64,000 bases of DNA. Source: Psilocybe cubensis (Eukaryota). Each line of letters opens with the position of its first letter. Position 1 is the stretch's first letter. This document shows positions 50,164 to 61,996 of the stretch, piece by piece. Position numbers and translations under genes: made by a program. The stretch spans positions 248,001-312,000 of the forward strand of contig CM039000.1 in assembly GCA_017499595.2 (NCBI GenBank). Direction: 5' to 3'. Below the pieces are notes generated by a model. The model did no database searches, had not been told where the DNA came from, and saw nothing but the letters and a program-made list of their open reading frames with translations.

Positions 50164-51867
50164 ATGGACCCGATAGTAAGTGACTGATCCATCGCGATTG
50201 TGGATGTGATGCTTGTGGTCATGTACTCGAAGCCATAGCCTAACTCCAATTCTATTGAACAGCCTACCCAAGAAGTGAACAGCGTCCTGAGGGCTCATGT
50301 TTTCAATATGATGCCCATTCGACTACTACAGCTTCCAGAAATGAAACTCATCGAAAGGGGCGACGTCTTCAAGCATCTTCTTCCTAAAATGTCTGATATC
50401 ACCGAGGCTTGGATAGAGGACAGGATAAAATCGACGAAATGGGAAAGTGTTGCATTTGTTTCGGGAAAGATCGACAGGCGAAAGCGAGTAATCGAGGAGG
50501 CCGTCACGGAGCGTGCACAGTACGCAATCCTGTCACATACCTGGCTGTTGGAAGAAAGGGAAATTACATACGGCGATTGGGTATCCCAGCAAAACCTTTC
50601 TGGAGCTGGATATGCGAAGTTGAAAAACTTCTGCAAGGTGGCTTATCACGACCACGGGATGACACTTGCATGGCTTGATACGCTCTGCATAAATAAGGAC
50701 AGCACCTCTGAACTCGACGAATCTATACGTTCCATGTACCGTTGGTATCTTCACTCTGCAATCTGTATCATCATACTTGCGGATACATCCATCATCGACG
50801 ATGTACCCAAGGATCGTTGGTTCACCCGTGGTTGGACTCTTCAGGAACTTTTGGCCCCCAGTCGATTAAAGTTTTATTCAAAGGATTGGAAACCACTTTT
50901 GCAGGGCCATAACGATAAAGCATATGTTGAGAAGGATGAGGACAATAGTGATGGCGACGACAGCAATAGCGACGACAGCACCAGCGCAGACGGAAACAAT
51001 TTATCAGTGTTTGGACCCCTTATTGAGCAGGCGACGGGAATATCTCTCAACGAGTTACGGACTTTTGATCCAGCTGGAACTCGGAGGAACATCCCTACGC
51101 GGATGATGTGGGCGTCAAAAAGAGTTACGACACGCGAAGAGGACTCTGCATATTGCCTCATGGGCATTTTTGGTGTCAGCTTTTCGATTGCCTATGGGGA
51201 GGGTAGAGAGCGCGCCTTCTTTCGGCTTCTGGAGGCCATTATGACAACCTACCGGGATATTCTAGCAATTCTAGACTGGTCAGGAAAGCCGATAGGGCAT
51301 GACGTGCACGCAACGTCCCTTCTTCCGTCAGGGCCAGAGTGCTACAAGCTTGCTCCAGGGGATAAAAGATTGGAATCCTTCGCATGGTACGACATACAAG
51401 ATTACGTACCGTTCTCCTTTGCGCCAAAGGAGCCAATGACCCTAACTCACCTCGGAATTCGCATTGATCTGTACTGCGTGCCTGCCACAGTACATTCCTT
51501 TGAGGAAAAAGATGGAATTTATACAGTTTATATGAAATGTGGCGCCCGTTTTTGCGAGGAACCCATTGCCATAAACGTCTACCCCCACACCTACGCCATG
51601 TTCGACGAGGACGAGGATGAAGGATACGGCAAAGAATTCATGTTTGGTATATGGACATTTGAAAGGGACAGTCAAGACACCGTATACATCCCTAATGAGC
51701 CTTGTCGAGTATTCCTGTTGGAGTCTACAGACCCATATCAGCCCATTGAGATGCCTCGACTCTGGCATAAAGTCGACACACCTGATCCCCTCAGAATATC
51801 GCCCGACTCGCCATGGGAAGATGACTGGGACAAGGAGAAAATATCGATAAAAACCTTCATTCTTTGA
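50164..51867 (+). CDS. Stand-alone HET (heterokaryon incompatibility, PF06985-type) domain protein
   Basis: Short first exon MDPI, then intron 50176-50262 in frame. Motifs MPIRLL, YAILSHTW, W.DTLCINK, ELDESIRSMYRWY, WFTRGWTLQELLAP, R.TTREED.AYCLMGIFGV and IAYGEG. Confidence 0.92.
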
Positions 51868-52123
51868 GACAGTCAGTTTCGTTATCAGGTGAGTCATACA
51901 ATCAAGGAGGAAGAACGGTAAAGAATTATGCGCAGGACTGAACGATAATAGTCATACCAAAATTGTATTAAATTTTCTTGAATGCGATATATTAAGAAGC
52001 ATTTCAATGTATGGTAGGGCGACTTACAGGAAGGGTGTTGGTCATTATTTTCAGAACCATTTACATCCAGAGGTGTAGAACCCGCACAAGGCAGATATAA
52101 CCTCAGAAACAGGGTTTGGACAC

Positions 52124-54444
52124 TTAATATCTGATGACAGCTTCCTGACCCTGACCCCAACACCTCCACATTCTTTCCACAACCCTCAACTTCGCCTCTC
52201 TACCAAGTTGTGTATCCTCTAAATCTCCGAGGTCCTCAAGGAAAGCTGCCTGAATGTTTGCAGGTAGATTTGCCAGTGCATACGATCGGAGGCGCGTCAG
52301 AGAAAGGATAAGAAGGCCTGTTGGGAGGGGTGCTATAGGCGAGTCTGAATTCAATGTATCAGAGACGGACGGTCCTGAGGGAGGTTGAAGGATCAAAAGG
52401 CGTTCAATTCGTCTGTAAACAGGCCATCATCAGTAGGTGTAAAATATTGTCGAGGAACAAACATACCGCAGCCGTTCCCATACTCCTCTCCTTTTTCTGC
52501 GGCCACCATACCGGCTGCCTGAGCTGGTCTTCAACAGGCGACCGGCTGCACCAAAGAATGCCCAGACGATAGCCAAGGACGGTGCTACTCCGACAAAGGC
52601 AAACGTCAGCTCTTGAGATTTCAAAAGTCGGTCGATCCCAGCCAGAGCTTGATCGATATCGACCTATTTGTGAGCGGTCAAAAACACAAGGAGCAGAAAT
52701 AGACCATAAGAAACGCACTTTGGCTTTCTGGACTTGAATGAAAGCATTCCGCAGGAGTGTACCGGTAATTGCGGATTTTAAAGGGGTGCGGATGTCTTCT
52801 TCGTAGATTTCCATCACCGGTGTCAAATCACCCAACCTCACCTGCTCAGCCAGGCTTTCGAGTTGAGAGGGTGTATATTGGAGCGCGTCGCGCGCCAGTG
52901 ACAGCGTCATGCGCTCTAAGCTCTACTGCCGGTGTTAGCGATCCTGGATTCAATGCCTTTATAAAAGGAGGAACATTTTATACCTCTAAGTCGGCCGCGA
53001 CGCCTTCTTTACTGACCAGAACGTCACCTTTCCCACCGACACGAACCGTATGTAAAACTCCCAATAGGGGTTCCACGAGCCATCCCTGGACAAATCCACG
53101 AACAGTTTCATCCGCGTCTTTTAGCATGTTAATGAGAGCTGGAATCCATGCTTCCCGTGATGAATAGATATAAAGCGCTACGGCAGGGAAAACCATGAGA
53201 CGGGGCCATATTCGGGTTAGCATTGACGGCCGGAGGAGGTTTTGGTCATTTAGATACAAAGTGTGGTTCATGTTGAGAGTGGGCATGGTTTGCAACAGCG
53301 TTGTAAGAGGAAAAATTGCAGAGGTGGAGGCGTGTAACGAGGATGGGGACGCGGAATACGACACAACTCGGGCGAGGGTATCAAGGAATGTCGTATATTT
53401 GCGAGTCGCCAATGAATCTACTCGGATACCCGCTGAACTATGAACAAGGCTCGCGAGTGGTATACGCAATTGCGCCAGTTCTCCCAGAACACGCGCACGT
53501 TCATCCCTAATTCTCTCCAGAGCCTTTTGGTTGTATCTGCACTCTTGCCTGGTAATTTCCAGAGGCAAAATAAAAAAACGGAACGTCCAAGTGAGTGTGT
53601 GGACCATGCGATGGAATGATTTGCGTAGTCGAACGTAAACGGCGTTAGTTGATTCTGAGACCTCATGGTCCAACGCATAGGTTGATGACGACGCTGGCAA
53701 AAGGACAGAAAGGCTCAGAGATTGTTGGTGTCTAAGGTGAGGGAAAAAACTGGTGGTAAGAACACCAGGTCGAAGACTCAGCGTTGAGGTGGAAAATAAA
53801 GCGTGTAGCGAGGAGGGAGAAAGGGTAGATAAATTCATAGGAAGTTGATGGGATCGTAGTGTGGTGATGATAGTTCGTAAGACATTGCAAACACGCGAAG
53901 GAAGAGCTACGGAAAGAAACATTATTCATCAGTCATCAATAAATTCAACTCAGGTTAACGCACTTTGAAGGAGATAGAGACAAACTTGAATACGGGAGCT
54001 TTCCACGTCAGACCACCATTCTGCTTCTGCCTCTACTTGGGTAGCCTGGGTTATGAAAATTTCCAAAGCATCAGAATATAAAGACACTGTCAATTTCCCT
54101 ATAATTGCTTGTTCGAGAGCGTCTTCTTCCGCGTCGGGTACGCTTACTCGGCTGACTTCTGTGCTTTCAGCAGTTACGCCTGCGGTTCTTGATTTTAAAA
54201 GTCCTTCCAATGTAGGTAAACTACGTTGGATATCGTCCAGAGATACGGTATGTTGGTTCAACGACAATAGCAATGCGTGTAACGCTGCTTTTCTTGCTGA
54301 CGCCGAAGTAGAAGAAGACGTAACGACATTGGTCTGAGTTTTATGACCTTTTGTGTTGAATGTCGAGGACGGCGGTGGCGAGGTTGGTCTGGAGGTGGAA
54401 GGCTCCAGGGTACGTGTAAAATGGTTCACAAACTCGGATGGCAT
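52124..54444 (-). CDS. NCA2: NCA2-family mitochondrial ATP synthase regulation protein (multi-exon)
   Basis: LTRIWPRL, GWLVEPL, EGVAADL|ESLERM, GDLTPVMEIYEEDIRTPLKSAITGTLLR, IQVQKAK|VDIDQALAGID.LLKSQELTFAFVGVAPS and FLEDL.DLED. Confidence 0.88.
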
Positions 54445-55355
54445 ATTACTAGGAGCCTCGCCTTAGGAGGCTTGCTGTCTGCTGTCCGCCAATTGGTGAG
54501 TAAATTGTAGACCTGATAGAAATAATGGAGCCTCTGTACCTCAGATAAAGACGGAGGCTATCTCCAAGCTATCAAGCTGGTTTCCTCGCTCAGAATCATC
54601 CAGTTTAGTTCAGTTGGTGGTGGACGAGTTTGGTGACGCGTGACGCATAACATGCCAATCAATCCGACTGGTAGTCAAATTTGAATCTCCGAAAATAGTA
54701 GTCATTGCTTCTTCTGGCATCGTAATTTTTTGTGCTTGTTTGAGTTTTTCGCTTTCTTAACCTTTGACCCTGTGGCACTGTCTTACTATTTCGCTTTAGA
54801 CATGTCCCAATATTCAGGTCCATCAATAGTCTCCAACCTTCACAGTTATTTTTGGTATGAAATCCGATCCGAGTGAGCACAGTTGAACTCATAATTGAGC
54901 TAGATGGAACTAGCATACGTTATTGGCGTCACACTTGGGAATATGTATGTAGGTCATCGGATATTGGTTCATCCAACTTTAGTGGCTAGGTTGGTACGTA
55001 CCGTCTGATATCTGATTAACCTGCTATCGGATAGGGAATAACAAGTTGTAACGAATATGAAGAAATCGGACGATCAGTAGGTAGGTAAAGTTCTTTCCGT
55101 TTTCTTTCGAGTGAGCGCGTGGCAACGTGCGTAATGGAAGAGTGCTGAAGGCTAAAATGATGCTATTTAGATGCTATTCAAAAAATTTGTAATCTATCAT
55201 CACAGATTTTGACAGCCCGCTTGGCACTTATAAAAATGTAAAGGTACCGATTTTTGTGACTCGTTTCTTCTCCTCCTTCAAGTTCAAATATTTACAGGGT
55301 TGCCAGAGGCTTCACACTTTGGATTCTATTGCTGATACCCAGAGGAGGGAAAGGA

Positions 55356-57476
55356 ATGACAAACACTCATGGCGATGACTCCGAGGCAACCCCTTTGCTA
55401 GCTCACATCAAACATGAAGACGTGTATCGTCGCTTCGAACCATCTCAAAAGCGAGTAATTCTCGCAATTGTTTCTACGACGGGGCTTCTTCCTTGTAAGT
55501 TATATCCATATTTCTGATCATATGTACTTTACACGTTTCTCTTGTCAGTGTTTGTGTCGGGGACGTTTGTCCCCTCGATACCTCAAATTGCAAAAGACCT
55601 TAATTCTAACGGGACAGTTGTAAGGTATGTGTGATCAAGTAGTCTTTATTCTGGCCTATTGCCTGTTGTCTATTGTCCATTGTACCGATCGTACCATTCT
55701 TCTAGTTGGGCTGTGAGTCTTTCGATCATGGCTTCGTCTTTGGGCTCGCTTCTGGGCGCAACCTATTCCGGATTCTGTAAGGCGGCGTTAAGTATCATCG
55801 TTTCCGGACCGAATTAATTGAACGATTTAGATGGAAGAAGGCCTATCTATCTCGTTGGGACGCCACTGCTTTTTATTGGTTCAATGGGTGTCGCTTTGGC
55901 ACAAAATATACCTCAGCTCATGATATGGAGGTTTGTACAGGCGATTGGAGCATCTCCAGGATTGGCCGTTGGGTCCGGAGTCATTGGTGATATATACAAG
56001 CTCGAAGAACGAGGGGGAGCTATGGGTATCTTCTTCGCCGTGAGTATAATCATAACAAGTTTTAACCGATAAAATTTGATACGATGATGATATCCGGTGG
56101 TGACGCAGGCTGTTCTATTGGGTCCTGCGCTAGCGCCACTTGCGGGAGGTAAAAGGTCAAAATGCCCAACACGATCATGTCTAATACTTTAAACATACAG
56201 GTTTTGCAGCGCATTACTTCTCTTGGCGAATAATGCAATTCTGGCTCGGGATCACAGGACTCGTTGTCTTTTTCATCGTTCTGTTTATACTTCCAGAGAC
56301 ATTCCACCCCGGCGAACGAGGTGTTGAAAAGGCCGATCCTGCATCCCTCCCTAAATGGCGCCCGGTGTTCCTTAATTTCTTAGAACCTTTGTGGATCATG
56401 AGGAGTCCAAATTTAATGGCAGTTGTGCGTTGTCGTTCATTATATCATTCATGCTCTGTGATGCTTGTTCTGATTGAATTCTTTGAAGATTTTGGCTGGG
56501 CTCTTTACTCTTATGACTGACTATGGTATGGTATAGACCTACCTTGCATGGGGTGCTAATTGAATCTCGTCATTATTACAGTTCTTCTTGTCCCAATCGC
56601 GTATACAATAGTGAGCTCTCAGATATACCTCCCTGCATAGGTGATCTTTTTACCCTTCTTGTAGGGCGCCAAGTACAATATCACGAATGAAGCGCTGATC
56701 GGGGCTTGCTTCCTACCATGCGGGCTTGGAAATATGAGTAAGTGCCTCTTCTTGCTGCGTACAATTATCAGAGCTCTTACCATCATTTCTAGTTGGTGCT
56801 CCCTTGGCTGGGAGCATCTCTGACAAGGTTGTCATCTATTACAGAAAATCCCGAGGCGGAGAATGGTACCCAGAAGACAGGTTGCGAACGACACTAATTG
56901 GCGGACTCATTTTCGTCCCGCTGTCGGTACTAATGTCTGGCCTACTGACAACGTATGTGCCAGGAAAGTTGGGACTTGCTTTGAATCTGGTTTGCTTATT
57001 TATTAATGGACTCGGGGTAAGTAGCTCTTGTCACACAATGCTGCAGTCCAAGCTATAAAATACCTTGTCATTGACGCTCCAGGTCGACTTTGTTCTGAGC
57101 CCATCTGCTGCTTACATAGTCGATCTAATGCATTCTCGAAGCGCAGAAGCAATGGCTGCTGGGAAGTAAGTCTCCCCTTTCTTCCACCGTCTTTTCATCA
57201 CATCCTGACTCTACACGCCAGTGGGTTCCGATCATTTATGATGGCAATTGGAATTGCTTGCATCCTGCCAATGATCAACACCTACGGTGTAGCCGTGACT
57301 GATGCGATTGCCGCCGTTTTCGCGTGGATCGGTTTTATGTAAGTGGCTTGACTAGACGATTCAATTGACCTAGTAGTTATTGACAATATTGTAGCCTGTT
57401 ATGGGTAACCATTCGTTACGGAGATCGACTCCGGGCAGTTGTCGACGTCGGATTCTCGACAGCAGATAACAATTAA
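55356..57476 (+). CDS. MFS transporter, DHA1-like drug:H+ antiporter (many exons)
   Basis: FVPSIPQIAKDL, GRRPIYL, RFVQAIGAS, GSGVIGDIYKLEERGGAMG, GPALAPLAGG, LPET and PEDRL; ends VDVGFSTADNN*. Confidence 0.92.
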
Positions 57477-57968
57477 TGCGGAGAGATGTATCTCAGCAAT
57501 TCGTAAGTACTTTGAAATATTGAAAGCCTATACCATAGGCTCTGCGAAGGCCAGAAGACTGCCGTTTAACGACTCCGTTCACAAAACTTTTACGACGCAA
57601 GATTGTACTGTTAATGTACAACAATGTGATATGATGTGTTTTGACTTCCTTAGGCAGAATTTATTCCGATCCCGTAGACTATCTTAGTCTCATGACCATG
57701 ACCATGATCTGCAGAAATTGCTCTGCGAAGGGTTCGGACCTGGTCAATGAACAAGTTTGGATGTGACTTGGTTCCTACTGATTATCGTGTATACCTCACA
57801 GGTTTGTCTGGCGCCTTTTCTGAGGCTGCCACACGCTCAGCATCCGGTGCCACTCTGATAAGTGGCGTGGCGGATTCCAATAACTTTTAGCGGATTTGTG
57901 GGCCTACGTACAATCCAGATAATTGTCCTGAAAACATCATATTTCCTCCCGAAGTCTACCAAAGGCCG

Positions 57969-58023
57969 CATCCTGTGTCTGTCCCCAGCCTCCCTCAGGG
58001 AGGCTGGGGACAGACACAGGATG
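57969..58023. repeat. Perfect 27-bp inverted repeat with 1-nt spacer (55-bp palindrome)
   Basis: CATCCTGTGTCTGTCCCCAGCCTCCCT-C-AGGGAGGCTGGGGACAGACACAGGATG. Confidence 0.95.
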
Positions 58024-61000
58024 AAGGACAGAGGGTGGACTGATATTGATTCTTTGGGGGCGCTCACCAGATATTACAGACGCTTTGCTATCAAAGCCAA
58101 TTATTTCAAGGCAATAACTTGGCTATGTACGGTTCTACAAACACTCCAAAGGCTAAAGGTGCCTGTAATTTGAAGCAGGTCCTGGACGTGACCCCTGACA
58201 CCGCCCTCTGCCAGTGATAAGTCGCGAGCGTCTTCTGCTGGACTCCCATGTTGAGTTCACTCTGTCGAATCACTGTAACGGCTACCATTATATTGACCTA
58301 AAGTTGCTCGAAAGGAGTTCTGTCGTCAACGAGGCAGGAGAAATCAGATAGATATGACTCGTTGCCCCACTAGTTCGTTATGCCAGAGGGAGTGCGAATG
58401 CATGGTTCTGATATAGAAGAGCTTGCACACGTACCAGCAGAGAGGATGTGGATAGGTGGGAGCGGTGACACAATTTATGTCGCACTCACTGCAACAAATC
58501 GTCTTCTTGAAGGTCCCGCTAGTCTACAATCATCGACATCTTCACTAAAAACCTATATTCGCTTCCAATCCGTTGGGGGAGCAACAAATGACATTGGCTC
58601 ATCAGACCAATGACACTACAATTTCAATCCCTATCTACCCAGTGACCTTTCATGTTTATTTTGAGATTTTGGCGAACTTAAAGAGGCCAGAACGGACCGA
58701 TGGACCATTGTTCCGAAGTATGGGGGGACTTTTCCGGAAATAGTGGGGTACTGTGGTATACACGAGTGCTATTTCATTACAATCTGCAGTGAAATTGTAC
58801 GTACAATCCAATTTCCGTTCCATTAAACAGGCGAACGGGCCCGGAATAGGCACTAATCATATCAAGTTGATCATAACAAGCAAGCTTTTCATGTTAATTT
58901 TTTTCTCGGAAATGAAACCGGCTCCACGTTCTTTTATCTTCTCGAAAGTAAAGCCAAAGCGAAGCTCGATATCAGTGACTATTACTCTGTATGTAGTAGA
59001 GAGGAACAAAGCTGGTTTGTCATTGCGATCTCGAAAAGTTCGAATCGATAAGCCTGTACTGCTGTACTGGGTGAAATTGAAATTATTCCTTTGAAACATG
59101 ACAGTACATCCGGCATTCTATCATCAATCCGATGGTAAGGTGATCAGCTCAGATATTTCTGTTTGATGTGGTACATAGTTTCAAAATATATGGGCGGCCA
59201 AGCTTTGCTTTTTCTTTCTTGCCTTTATGCTTCGACACCTGATTCCGAATGATTTCGGGACCTGTGGCTATAAATAAGCATTGTTCTAAAAATAGACACA
59301 TCTGAGGGACTTGGTATCTTCGTGCTGAAGTTGAGCAATTCAAGACTGTCTCAAGTTGAGTGCGATATGCTGCTCTAATAATGCATTAAGTAGGGGTATA
59401 CGGGTATACCAGTTAAACTACATTGAATCTGTCAAAATACTCCTTAGGTCCTACTATTCTCTACCACATAGTAGTAGTCTAGCCAACAGAAATTCAGGAG
59501 ACAGAGACAAACTTCGCGTTATGGACACAGGCAGACGCTCAACTAAACCCATACCAGCTGGCATCCTCGAGAAAGAACTCGGGGAATCGGAGCCGCGCAA
59601 TATCTCGAATTTGAACCCAACGTCGCTATAGGCATGGATAAGTTCCACAACTATTGCGTTTCTAATTTTCATTGCAATCGCCGCTCAAATACGGGGCGGT
59701 TAGGGCGGATGGTCGGTGGATTTCTACTGTCTTAGTACGTGTCTGAGAGTCAAAAGATATCCGTGTTGCTAATGCTGACAGGTTTTCTGCAATTAAATTT
59801 GTTACAAGTTTGTGATAATGTTGGTAATTACTCTGTTCAAGGATAGTCAACTCAAATCCAGGGTCGGTCTGGCTGCATGTAGAAGGACGACCTCCGGAAA
59901 TGGACGTGGTGTTAGCCGTGGGTCCTTCGTAAAGGAGGAGGGTAGATATCTATAATCGATGCAGGATGATCATCTTATTCTGACCACAAGTATGCATCGA
60001 ACAAGTTTCATGAAATTGCGATGAGATAGCACAGGGTCGCATACCATATCATATCACATTGGACTGCATTGTACTAGTAGTTGTAGCTGGCAGACACGAA
60101 CATCGCAAAGACGAGCCAGTTTGATTTTGACCTTGCCCTCGAGGTTTTAATGATCACGATCAAATGGAAATATGGTATTAGACTCGGGCCTTGACCTGAG
60201 GGCTGTCAGGCTTCACGTCTTTGAGGACGTGCAAAATTGAACCTGTGTAAATGGGGGTTGCCGAAGGACGGCGCCGGGCAGATGACCATTCTTCAACGGT
60301 TCAAGGGTGATCGATGGCGTGCGGCGAACGTGCCACTGACAGCTCGCAGTGAAGCTTCAATCAACCAACTTATTCGCAGAATCGTATTCAGTCCGATTGT
60401 TGGTCAACTGTATATTCTGCCGTCACAACGGCTTCGTGAGGCTGTAACGTAGCTCGTAACCTGGACATATTGCGCCAAAATAGATGGGTTTTGCCTTACT
60501 ATGTATGTTGCTTCCAAGTCCTCCCTCAATAACCAATTGCACACGAGACTATGTCCCCAAGCCTGGTTCGCAGCGGGTCTGATTCCAATCGAGGACGGTG
60601 TTCTGATATGCTTCGCTGATTCTCCAAGGGGCGGTACCCAGGTATATTGAAGATTGATTGTTATGTTATCGGTGGGCGGGTTGACGGCAGAGGGAAACGG
60701 TTGTAAAGTGCTAAATTGTGTGGTTCTGATGATGCTACTACTGGTCTGGTGGGAGCACCACCGGAATGTGTGGGACCGCCGAGGTGGCAAAAGCAAGAGG
60801 ATAGCTATAAACAAACCTACACTTGGGATTTCCCGATAATTCTGGAAATTGGAAGAAAGACGTATAGGTCGGGCGCGTCGCGGACTCCATTACGCGCTGC
60901 TTTACCTCTGGGGTATGTTTGGGATTCGATGGGCGCCCCCTCATCCCTGCGCGCGCTGGGAAATGCCTTGTTTAGATATGCACTTGAGTGATTCGGGTTT

Positions 61001-61996
61001 CACACCGCCCGGCTAATAAGTACTCTCCTAGATAGGAATAATGTCAAATAAGGGTTCTCCGAGTCCCAGTAGAATGACGATGGTGGCCTGACCAAGTAAG
61101 TAATAACAACCCGGAGCCTTGCCGTTATTGAATGTGAGTTATCATTATGATGGATCAGATAGCACCCAGCGTCGCCAGACCCCGCCGAGTGACCGCGATG
61201 TTCCCAGTTAATTATAAAATACCAGAAAAACATAACATAACAGGCAGGCCGGTACTCTGATTTGATTCTGGAGCATTCTGGCTGGCTCGGAAGTCCGCTT
61301 GATAGTCCACGATGGGATAAATCAGAGGAGATTCGGAGAAGGGAAATTCCATGGTACCTCCGCTAAAATTCACGGCCGCTTTGTTTTCTCCGGATGGTGA
61401 TAAGCCATTACATTATATCATTGGCAGCTGGGTGCACACTCGTCCCAAGAACATTTCTCTGTGAGAAATATGAAGCGTCTCGGAGTTTGGCTATTATGGG
61501 AGAATCGTTGGGAACTTGGAGAATGTGAAAAGCGGTGCTTGGTATCCTCGACAGCATATGTTGGAGGAGACATCCGTCTGGGAAACTAGTTTGAGATATT
61601 TTCTTGGTTCTGTCAGCTCTGCGAATGATATTGGAGTCCAAGAGGCTGGAAGAGGCAAAAGGTTGCGCTCACCATCAAACCACGTGGGATGCCTCGAGGC
61701 TGTTTGGCAGGCGGAGTGGCAGGAGTCCCTGTGTGAGTATGTTAATTACGTAATAATCTCCAAACATGTGGCCCCACTGCCTCTGTACGGTTCAGTTCGA
61801 AACGTCTCTCTTCCAGACGCTCTCCTCCTCCGATTTACATTCGATTGTCTCTGTCTTGGTAAAATATGGACGAATACTGACTGCACGACAATCACTGTAA
61901 GTAATTCCTCTGTCAAATCCGCCATCGTAGAATTTGTTGTGGCTCTAGTTGGGCTTTCGTGGCTGTTCGTGGCTAACATTTTTTACCACTACAGGT

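Noticed and set aside
58300-61650. Fragmentary minus-strand coding-like pieces (F-box-like guess)
   Set aside because: Short, frame-broken ORFs without diagnostic motifs.
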